Assembly (NCBI GenBank): GCA_002311975.1
Contig: DCAL01000051.1
Span: 8,699-45,027 of the forward strand
Direction of reading: 5' to 3'
DNA length: 36,329 nucleotides
From: Fidelibacterota bacterium UBA1134
Lineage (GTDB): Bacteria; Fidelibacterota; Marinisomatia; Marinisomatales; S15-B10
Both the position numbers and the translations under genes were made by a program. Every line of letters starts with the position of its first letter. The first letter of the stretch is position 1. Below, one piece after another: positions 28,993-36,329 of the stretch. Under the pieces are notes generated by a model. It saw only the letters and a list, made by a program, of their open reading frames with translations. It was not told the origin of the DNA and did no database searches.

Positions 28993-30657
28993 CTAAACGA
29001 TTTTCCTTTTGACTGGGTCCCATTCCACTCTACGGCCCTCCAAATACGATTGGGTAGCCATGTGGCAGGCTACAGCTTCCTCGAATCCTTCTTCAATATT
29101 ACATTTTGGCTCTCCGCCGTATCGAATGCAATCCAGCCAGTCTTTCACATGAAGATGGGTGGGATCGACCCGTTTCCCTCCGCGATAGGTATAGACGAGA
29201 CCTTTCTGTGCAAAGTATTTTGCTGTGGCTGAAGTAATGCCGTCGATATCCTTTGACCCCGGCGAATAGCTGAACAGCGGCAGAGCGGTGTTGATGATAC
29301 CTTCCTCGATCTTACTCTTGTAGCGTGTGGATTGAGGATCGGGCGTAACGGTAAGACCACCGCCCACTTCCATGGTAGCGTCATGTCCCATGAACACCTT
29401 GCCGCGGTGACGGCTGTTTGCCAGAGAGGCGCTGTAAACAAGCGTCAGCCCCCTATCGGGATACTCGAAGATGGCCTGAAATGTATCTGGCACGTCCCTG
29501 TCTTCCTTGATTAAGTCAGGGAATCTCTCTTTGGTGTAGTAATAGATGCCGCCCGAGGCGGAGGCACTTTTTGGAATGCCAAGATCCATGATTTGATTTA
29601 CGGCGTCAAAGTCGTGAGATAGAAGATCGCCTGAGAGTCCTGTTCCATAGTCGTACCAGCAACGCCAGCGAAAATACCGCTCCAAGTTGAAGGGGTGCCT
29701 GTTAGGGGCCGGCCCCTGCCACATGTCCCAATCAAGACTTTTCGGTGTGGCATACTGTTCCTTAGACGCATAGGTCTGCCACACATCTTCGATGGAGTTC
29801 CACTGTATGGGATAGACCCAGGCTCCGCCGGGGCTGTTGCGGTTGGTGGTAACTTCAACCAGAGTCACCTGTCCCAGGATATCATTTTCGATCATTTCGC
29901 GCGCTTTTTCATGGCTGGATGAAGCCCTGCTGTGATGTCCCAGTTGAAACTTTAAATCACTTTTCTTTACCGCATCATAAACATCAATAGCCTCGCTCAT
30001 TGTACGAGTCATGCATTTCTCGCAATAGATATGTTTGCCGGCTCGCACAGCATCAAGGGTTATTTTTGCGTGCCAGTGGTCCGGTGTGGCGATTATTACA
30101 GCGTCAATGTCATCACTGGCAAGGAGATCCTGATAGTTACGGTACCCTTTGGCAGGCTCGGACTGGACCACTCCCCCCGGTCTTACGTCATTAGTCGATG
30201 TGGCAATTCCCTGCTCTCTTCTGGTATCAAAAACATCGCACACACCGGCCAGCTCAAGGTTTAGGTCTTCCTGACTCAGGTAGGTTTCCAGCCGCTTATC
30301 GAGTCTGTTCGCGTTAACTGCCTCTCTGGCTTTCGCCACCCACTCGGGACTGGCAAATCCTGCCCCCTTTGCAACTGCGGCACCTCGCCAGCCGTAGCCG
30401 ATGACCCCTAAGCGTATCAGTTCGTTTTTCTTTCGTGATTTCAGGACAGCGGGAGCTTTCTTGCTCTGGCCCAGTTCAGACATAACCTGAAGCCTTCTCA
30501 TACTGTCCAGAGCGCTCTTCTTTATGTAGTTGTAAAGAAAGAGGGCTAAAGCTGGTATGGTAGCTAAGCCTTTTATAATGTCTCTTCGACTGAAGCTTGG
30601 TTCATCTTGGGAATCAGGACTAACGGTATTTAATTTTCGCTCGGATGGATCTGTCAT
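28993..30657 (-). CDS. Gfo/Idh/MocA-family oxidoreductase with twin-arginine N-terminus (paralog B)
   Basis: 554 aa. Motifs: 'FSRRDIIKGLATIPALALF', 'IRLGVIGYGWRG', 'DAVIIATPDHWH', 'YCEKCM'. The C-terminal ~90 aa are nearly identical at protein level to paralog A, while synonymous sites differ. Confidence 0.9.
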   Translation of the reverse strand: MTDPSERKLNTVSPDSQDEPSFSRRDIIKGLATIPALALFLYNYIKKSALDSMRRLQVMSELGQSKKAPAVLKSRKKNELIRLGVIGYGWRGAAVAKGAGFASPEWVAKAREAVNANRLDKRLETYLSQEDLNLELAGVCDVFDTRREQGIATSTNDVRPGGVVQSEPAKGYRNYQDLLASDDIDAVIIATPDHWHAKITLDAVRAGKHIYCEKCMTRTMSEAIDVYDAVKKSDLKFQLGHHSRASSSHEKAREMIENDILGQVTLVEVTTNRNSPGGAWVYPIQWNSIEDVWQTYASKEQYATPKSLDWDMWQGPAPNRHPFNLERYFRWRCWYDYGTGLSGDLLSHDFDAVNQIMDLGIPKSASASGGIYYYTKERFPDLIKEDRDVPDTFQAIFEYPDRGLTLVYSASLANSRHRGKVFMGHDATMEVGGGLTVTPDPQSTRYKSKIEEGIINTALPLFSYSPGSKDIDGITSATAKYFAQKGLVYTYRGGKRVDPTHLHVKDWLDCIRYGGEPKCNIEEGFEEAVACHMATQSYLEGRRVEWDPVKRKIV

Positions 30658-30678
30658 GATTTAATCCCCTCTAATTTG

Positions 30679-31176
30679 CTAACGGCGTAATCTTTGAAGA
30701 AATCTGTCCAATCCTGTAATATGCCCTGTTGGAAATTTGGCCAGAACAAACAGTGCACATGCCTCCACCAGATTTTTGTCAATTAACAGATAACTTCCTT
30801 CAGTAGGTTTGGAGTATTCCAATCCTACCAAGGGCGGATGAAAAAGATAATAGAGAAGAAGAAGAAGCGCTCCGGCGAGGCTGCCCCAGCGTGAAAACAG
30901 TCCGCACATCAAGCTTAGCCCGATGGCGGTAAGTCCCCACATATTGAGGTGATCCACAATGTTCAGTGTGCTGGGATTGGAGACGAGTGAGTTGGCGATA
31001 CCGGAAAGGGCCCATTTGGTATCTAACAGAAAGGCCGCTGAAGACCAGTGCGGATTGGAAAGCTTGGCTACACCCTCATACAGAAAGTGCCACCCGATAA
31101 GGACCCGGAGCAATGACAATCCGATTAGTTGACTGTTGCTATATTCTGAGGAGAGCGGTTCTGACTTGCTGCTCAT
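30679..31176 (-). CDS. DoxX-family integral membrane protein
   Basis: 'LLRVLIGWHFLYEGVAKL' followed by 3-4 TM helices fits DoxX (RxxxGxxFxxxGxxK). I chose the start at the ATG at 31176 (165 aa). The track ORF extension to 31413 runs through the divergent promoter region and looks spurious. It is the first gene of the minus-strand operon, 21 bp before paralog B. Confidence 0.7.
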   Translation of the reverse strand: MSSKSEPLSSEYSNSQLIGLSLLRVLIGWHFLYEGVAKLSNPHWSSAAFLLDTKWALSGIANSLVSNPSTLNIVDHLNMWGLTAIGLSLMCGLFSRWGSLAGALLLLLYYLFHPPLVGLEYSKPTEGSYLLIDKNLVEACALFVLAKFPTGHITGLDRFLQRLRR

Positions 31177-31225
31177 AATAAGCCCCTGTTTTATGACGTA
31201 AGAGATCGAAGGAAAACTGAATGAG

Positions 31226-31254
31226 AGTGTAGTTAAGATTATCAATAAATGCAA
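31226..31254 (-). promoter_or_regulatory. Candidate sigma70-type promoter for the doxX operon
   Basis: The minus strand reads TTGCAT (31254-31249), a 17-bp spacer, then TACACT (31231-31226), about 50 nt upstream of the doxX ATG. Pattern match only. Confidence 0.25.
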
Positions 31255-31370
31255 ACAACAAAAGTATTTGAGCCAACACATTTTGGACACTATTTCATCC
31301 ATAAAGCACGGACTAAAGTGTAATTTGTCTGGCGCATTAATATTGCACTCACACAACGGATAAGGATCAA

Positions 31371-32516
31371 ATGAAGCATCGAATCGTATTAATTGGCGCA
31401 GGAAGCGCAACATTCGGTCTCAGCACTAATGGTGATATCCTGAAGAATAACGCCTTGGAAGGGAGCACCATCGTTCTGCACGATATAGATGCCAAAGCGT
31501 TGAGTTGTGTGGCGGAAATCTCGCAGCAGTATGTATAAGAAAAAAGTCTCCCCTATAAGGTAAAATCTACTCTATCAAGAGAAGAGGCGCTTCAAGGCGC
31601 AGACTTTGTAATTATCTCCATTGAAGCGGGTGATAGGTTTGCCCTCTGGGAACAGGACTGGAAGATCCTCCTGGAATACGGTTTCAAGCAGATCTATGGT
31701 GAAAACTGCGGGCCCGGTGGGATCTTTCACGCGTTGCGCATAATTCTGCCCATTCTGGAGATCTGTGAGGATATCCAGGCCCCCGCTGCCCGCAAGCTTT
31801 TGTATTCAACTTCAGTAACCCCATGACCAAGATCTGTCACACAGTACCGTGAGTCAGGGAAGGACGCGTATCCAGAGATCCTTGAGAAGGCTCCTGACTA
31901 CTTTCCCACGGCAGAGGCTTCCATGGGCGTCGTGGAGGAGAGGTCCCTATTCCTGGAAATCGTGAGCTTGTACAGGGTGCTGCCGATAACGACAGACAGC
32001 CATTTTGGAGAATACATCGGCTGGGCGTGGGATGTGGCCGATCATGACGGGACCAAGGAGTTCTATAGCAGATACAGGAAGTACATGCTTTTCAACAAAG
32101 GTCTCCCTGCTGAACGTCTTCAGCGGGGAACGGAAGAAGAGGAATTCTGGCGCGTGGTTCACATTATAGCTGGGATTGTTGCTGATTCAGGGCATGAAGA
32201 ATTAGCGGTGAACATCCCAAATGACGACTTTATTGAGGCCCTGCCGCGGAATCAGATCGTTGAAGTGCCGGCGGTGATAGACCGGAACGGCACTAAGGGC
32301 ATCAGGCTCGATTCTTACCCGAGGGTATTTTCAGGTCTGCTCCAGAGCGAGGAGCCCCTCCATGACCGGCTTACCGAAACAATCCTCACAAGATCGAAAG
32401 AGGCGGTTTTGCAGACACTGCTGTTGGACCCGGTGGTGGACAGGGTTCAGCTGGCAGAAGACCTGCTAAACAGGGTGCTCGATTTACAGACGCCGTATCT
32501 TGATTGTCTGCAATAA
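31371..32516 (+). pseudogene. Glycoside hydrolase family 4 (NAD+/Mn2+-dependent alpha-glucosidase/galactosidase-like) pseudogene
   Basis: The N-terminus 'MKHRIVLIGAGSATFG...GSTIVLHDIDAKAL' runs into an in-frame TAA at 31536-31538. Homology resumes in the same frame ('EEALQGADFVIISIEAG...GENCGPGGIFHALR'). It then shifts frame near the C5 run at 31780-31784 ('CPQAFVFNFSNPMTKICH', TGA at 31850-31852). It shifts back for the C-terminal half ('DAYPEIL...LPITTDSHFGEY...LAVNIPNDDFIEALPRNQIVEVPAVIDRNG...LLLDP'). The total span is only 382 codons against ~440-480, so internal sequence is also missing. Confidence 0.85.
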
Positions 32517-32605
32517 TTTTTTGGGCGAACACAATCCACATTGTCCCGTCGCGCAGTCCGGACTTCTCGGCGCCGCCCATCAATTCCGGTACCAGACCAT
32601 TCTTC

Positions 32606-34234
32606 TTATCCAGCAATCCAAGTTAAAAACAGATATATCCCAACTGTTACACCCATAATGGCGAATGAAGCATTTTTCGCCTGGGCCCATGGAGTCATAT
32701 CCACCGGGGCAGGATCCCGTTGGTCGCTTATGGCAATTTCTTCCGAAGATTTTGGCTGAACATAACCAATGATTAGCATTACCATTACAGAACCCATAAA
32801 ACTGATGAAATAACCATGAAGCCAATGTAAATCACCATTGCCATTGGCAAAAAATTCAGGCACATCCTTGATATTCACAAACGTAAACAATGCATAGGAT
32901 GCCATTCCCACCACCATCCCAACTTTGGCGGCAATGGCGGGGACATGTTTCGTCGTAATGCCTAACAGAAAAATACCAATGATCGGCACGCTGTAAAGTC
33001 CATTCACTTTTTGGAGATATTCAAAAATGGACTGCATTTGATCTAAAAGCGGTGCAATCAATATGGATGCAATGGCTAATCCAATACCGAATATTTTTCC
33101 TATAGATACAATTTGTACGCCACTCGCTTTTTTGTTGATATATCCTTTATAAAACTGAAGAGAAAAAAGCGTCGATGCGCTATTCAGAGCAGAATTGAAT
33201 GAACTCAGAATAGATCCCATTAATACCGCAGCAAATAAGCCTAATGACCAATCGGGTAATACATGACGTACGATGGCGCCATACACCTGATCCTGTTTAC
33301 CAATGGTAAGATCAGTCATGTGTAATGCGATAATCCCGGGGAGACATAACATTAACGGCCCCACCAGTTTCATGGCCGACGCAAACAGAACACCTTTCTG
33401 CCCCTCGGCTAAACTTTTGGCTGCCATGGCTCGTTGAACAATCACCTGATTTGTGGACCAATAAAATACTTGAATAAACATCATACCCGTTAATAGTGTT
33501 GGCCAAGGAACAGATACCACATTACCATCACCATTTTTTTGGGCTAAGACTGATAAATATTCCGGATTTGAATTTCCTAAACTGGATACACCGGCAAAAA
33601 AGGAACCATCTCCTAAAGCGAATAATGCTAATGTGGGGATCGCTAATCCGCCGATTAATAATCCAACACCGTTAATTGTGTCACTGACGGCTACAGATTT
33701 TAATCCGCCAAAAATGGCATATCCACTTCCCAAAATACCGATCGTTGCCACAGCAAACCATAAGGGTAAATCAAGATTAAACATACCGATTAAAGCTAAC
33801 GATCCTGTATACAGAACTACGGGGAGAAGAACGGTTACATATCCAAATAAGAATAAACCGGAAACCATAGATCTAGTGGTTTTATCAAATCGTTTTTCGA
33901 GAAATGCCGGTGTTGTTGTAAATCCGCTGGCCAAATATCTTGGCAAGAAAACCAATGCGGTTGCAATCATGGCAAGTGCGGCCAATGCTTCCCACGCGAT
34001 ACCCACCAACGCTTTATCGGCAAACACAGCACCATTGAGACCCACCAATTGCTCAGTTGATAAATTGGTGAGCAGGAGCGAACCGGCTACCACCGGCCAA
34101 GCCAAGGCACGGCCGCCTGTAAAATATTCTTCTGTGGCATTGGCGGATTTTTTCATTCGGCGGACAATCTGATATGTGAAATAGGCAACGGCACCTGTGG
34201 CTAATACAAATGATATAATGGAAATTGTATTCAT
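32606..34234 (-). CDS. Sodium:solute symporter family (SSF/SGLT-like) transporter
   Basis: 542 aa, about 13-14 TM segments. The N-terminal signature 'EEYFTGGRALAWPVVAGSLLLTNLSTEQLVGLNGAVF' resembles SGLT/vSGLT 'YFLAGR.L.WW..G.SL.A.N.S.EQ..G..G'. Confidence 0.92.
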   Translation of the reverse strand: MNTISIISFVLATGAVAYFTYQIVRRMKKSANATEEYFTGGRALAWPVVAGSLLLTNLSTEQLVGLNGAVFADKALVGIAWEALAALAMIATALVFLPRYLASGFTTTPAFLEKRFDKTTRSMVSGLFLFGYVTVLLPVVLYTGSLALIGMFNLDLPLWFAVATIGILGSGYAIFGGLKSVAVSDTINGVGLLIGGLAIPTLALFALGDGSFFAGVSSLGNSNPEYLSVLAQKNGDGNVVSVPWPTLLTGMMFIQVFYWSTNQVIVQRAMAAKSLAEGQKGVLFASAMKLVGPLMLCLPGIIALHMTDLTIGKQDQVYGAIVRHVLPDWSLGLFAAVLMGSILSSFNSALNSASTLFSLQFYKGYINKKASGVQIVSIGKIFGIGLAIASILIAPLLDQMQSIFEYLQKVNGLYSVPIIGIFLLGITTKHVPAIAAKVGMVVGMASYALFTFVNIKDVPEFFANGNGDLHWLHGYFISFMGSVMVMLIIGYVQPKSSEEIAISDQRDPAPVDMTPWAQAKNASFAIMGVTVGIYLFLTWIAG

Positions 34235-34495
34235 TTAAGCTTCCCCTAGTTTTGATAATTCATATATTCCCGGTTTGCTGGGGACGGACATATTGAAATG
34301 ATTGATCCCACAAGAATTCGGACTAACACCCGATTGCTGCCGAGGTTTGAAGCGAACAGGTTTGCTCCCACGGCCTGCCAGGAAGTAGTCGGTGTTTTCG
34401 TTCTTCTCGCACCATGCCGCCCAGTAACGGATGTCGATAATAATAAGAAAGTAAGCAGAGGTGATGAGGATATCAGCCAGCGCTAGTGAAGCCAT
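34235..34495 (-). pseudogene. N-terminal stub of a second SSF transporter gene (or fortuitous upstream ORF)
   Basis: The first ~42 codons, 'LALADILITSAYFLIIIDIRYWAAWCEKNENTDYFLAGRG', look like TM1 plus the DYFLAGR motif of an SSF N-terminus. The remaining 44 codons are non-membrane-like. The TAA stop directly abuts the ATG of the intact SSF gene. Confidence 0.5.
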
Positions 34496-34695
34496 GAAGA
34501 TTCTGCCACTTTAAGTGATGCTGTCAATCGGATCTCGAATGAACGCAGAGTGTTATGATTTTGAGGATCAAATACCCCCTGTATACCTATCAGCCCAGTT
34601 ATTCTCGCCACAAAATGGCCATCGGACAGATAGCCAGTGGTTAGAAAGATTAAAGGTGGAACATTGAATTAACACCTGTTAAGAGAGTCTCAAAC

Positions 34696-36329
34696 TTAGA
34701 ATTCCGGTTTCATTTGGAAGAGGAACCGCTTGAACGGTTCAGCCGTGACTTTTCTGCTGTTGTATGTCCGGAGGTAGGACTGGTGCTCTTCATCTTTCGG
34801 ATACGTTTCTTCCGCCCCATACGGATAGGAAGACATGCTGTGAAAGGGCAGCAACTCCACCGTCTGCCCCCGGGCGGTATTGAGGTCGCCGTCCTTCAGC
34901 CAGCCGTTGTTGTAGAAAAGAAAGTCCCTGCTCCACCCAGAAGGCAATTCGGGGACTTGGGCAGAATCGAATTCGAATGTTACTTCATCGCCGGCATTCA
35001 TAATTATGTATCTGTTGTCTGGCTCCAGCAAGAGGGGAAGCACATCTCCGTACCGCGTGTAGAGACCGGTGAGATCGCGCCATTTGGTTTCTGTGGAGAC
35101 GGTCTGATAGTCCGGAATGCTGGGACTGTACGGCGTCTGCCAAGTCAGCTCTGAAAATCCCCGGTAGTGAAGATCTGCGATTACTGGTTCGAGGCTTACC
35201 TTGCGCGACGAACCGCTGGACACGTCCGTGGAATAAAAGATATGATCCCAGTAGATCTGCATATTCGTTCGGATACGGACGCGGTAGTCCCGCCCAAGCG
35301 GGAGAAACTTGTTCGTCAATTCCACCACCAACGTTTTGTTTTTTCCTTTGGGGAAGCTAATGTTCTCAATCACTGTTTTCCAGCTTCCATCATCATCAAT
35401 CACCTGCAGATAGGGAAAAATGGAGCCGCCGCCCGCTGATTGCGCCATGTTCACATTGATGCTGGCATCGGTGGGAAAGAGCCATCCATACAGAAAAAGA
35501 AAGATGCTGTCGGCGCCGGAGAGATCTCCCAGGTCGAGAATGAGGTCGTGAGGCTCCATCACCCCCTGATACATGGCGGGGGTAAGATTAGAGACGTACT
35601 CTCCATCGGCGTGTGCGATCTTTTTTAAGACGTCATTTCCACGATCATCCCGGGCTGAGACAGGTTGTCGCTTATTTGTGACGGTATAGATGCGAAATGG
35701 AGGAAATGGAGGCGGCGTGAATGTTCCGTCAACAAAGATTTCCACACTGTCCGGATGGTCAACCACGAGCAGTTTAACTTGGTCGAGGTACGGAGTCTCC
35801 CACAGTTCAGAAGTGAATTGCAGTGAATACTTTCCATCCTTCGGCCTTAGCGTATTCTTGGGAATCTTGAAATATTCGCTGGCGGAATTGGGAAAAGCGT
35901 ACAGCGGCTCTCCCGCCACGATTCCCAGGGGCATGCCGAGAGCACTGGCCCACAGCACATCGGTGGCAAACTCGTACTCATTTCCATTCCACACATAAAG
36001 CCACGGGCACGACCCTTTCAGGATCTGCGTCTCCACGATGGTTTGATTCCTTTCGGGGTTGAACCGGTTTTGAGGCACGCCGTTGCTCCAGACGACCCGA
36101 ACCACATCCGCGCCGTCCCGGTTGCCGAGACCGAAGTGGGCGATGGGCTCACTCATCACCTTCATCTGGTATAGATCGCCCGCCTTCACTTCTACTTTGG
36201 CGCCAATGCCGAAGTAATTATTCTTTGTGCTGCCGGTGCGGAGCCCGGCCAACCGTACAATTAGGAAATTGTTCACATTGCCGCCGTCATTGCGAAGTGA
36301 GTGAACACCTCCTTGGATATCCACTAGAA
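34696..36329 (-). CDS. ASPIC/UnbV domain (CRTAC1-like) protein, 5' end outside window
   Basis: The frame is open to the right window edge. 'NNFLIVRLAGLRTGSTKNNYFGIGAKVEVKAGDLYQMKVM...HFGLGNRDGADVVRVVWSNGVPQ' is the UnbV_ASPIC motif. It is followed by a ~430-aa C-terminal region that I cannot assign. Confidence 0.78.
   Translation of the reverse strand, partial: LVDIQGGVHSLRNDGGNVNNFLIVRLAGLRTGSTKNNYFGIGAKVEVKAGDLYQMKVMSEPIAHFGLGNRDGADVVRVVWSNGVPQNRFNPERNQTIVETQILKGSCPWLYVWNGNEYEFATDVLWASALGMPLGIVAGEPLYAFPNSASEYFKIPKNTLRPKDGKYSLQFTSELWETPYLDQVKLLVVDHPDSVEIFVDGTFTPPPFPPFRIYTVTNKRQPVSARDDRGNDVLKKIAHADGEYVSNLTPAMYQGVMEPHDLILDLGDLSGADSIFLFLYGWLFPTDASINVNMAQSAGGGSIFPYLQVIDDDGSWKTVIENISFPKGKNKTLVVELTNKFLPLGRDYRVRIRTNMQIYWDHIFYSTDVSSGSSRKVSLEPVIADLHYRGFSELTWQTPYSPSIPDYQTVSTETKWRDLTGLYTRYGDVLPLLLEPDNRYIIMNAGDEVTFEFDSAQVPELPSGWSRDFLFYNNGWLKDGDLNTARGQTVELLPFHSMSSYPYGAEETYPKDEEHQSYLRTYNSRKVTAEPFKRFLFQMKPEF

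Noticed and set aside
31177-31413. 79-codon N-terminal extension of the DoxX ORF
   Set aside because: It runs through the AT-rich divergent promoter region and overlaps the GH4 pseudogene start. It is Cys-rich and unlike DoxX proteins. The ATG at 31176 gives a normal ~165-aa DoxX.

Overview
This is a 36.3-kb bacterial chromosomal window, roughly 50% GC by eye. It has Shine-Dalgarno sites and a SusC/SusD pair, so it is probably from an FCB-group (Bacteroidota-related) environmental bacterium; that taxonomy is inference only.

Left third:
- Two periplasmic parvulin-type PPIase genes (one SurA-like).
- A 362-bp AT-rich spacer with a cluster of near-consensus DnaA boxes.
- A tightly packed operon dnaN - DUF721 (DciA-like) - gyrB - gyrA - yggS, with no dnaA or recF.
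- A shortened PNP-like ORF.
- An hsp20 gene behind a near-consensus sigma54 -24/-12 promoter, lying next to the 3' remnant of an amidohydrolase gene.

Middle:
- A DUF5916/CBM9-like outer-membrane protein.
- A 1094-aa BNR/sortilin-like protein.
- A SusC/SusD-like pair with a strong intrinsic terminator.

Right half:
- A sugar-oxidation style cluster: two paralogous Tat-signal Gfo/Idh/MocA dehydrogenases in inverted orientation, a Tat-signal xylose-isomerase-like TIM barrel, a DUF1080 (3-keto-disaccharide-hydrolase family) lipoprotein, a cytoplasmic Gfo/Idh/MocA enzyme and an MFS permease.
- Embedded in that cluster, unusually, are a lipoprotein ApbE flavin transferase and a DoxX membrane protein.
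- Then a decayed GH4 glycosidase pseudogene, an SSF sodium:solute symporter preceded by the stub of a second SSF gene, and a 5'-truncated ASPIC/UnbV (CRTAC1-like) gene.

I saw no rRNA, tRNA, CRISPR array, transposase, integrase or recognisable defence system.

The most interesting hypothesis concerns the ApbE + DoxX + Tat-anchored dehydrogenase module. It may be a periplasmic, flavinylation-dependent, quinone-coupled glycoside oxidation system attached to a SusC/D locus that has no intact glycoside hydrolase. Both Tat dehydrogenases carry a DGITSA[ST] motif resembling the ApbE flavinylation site.
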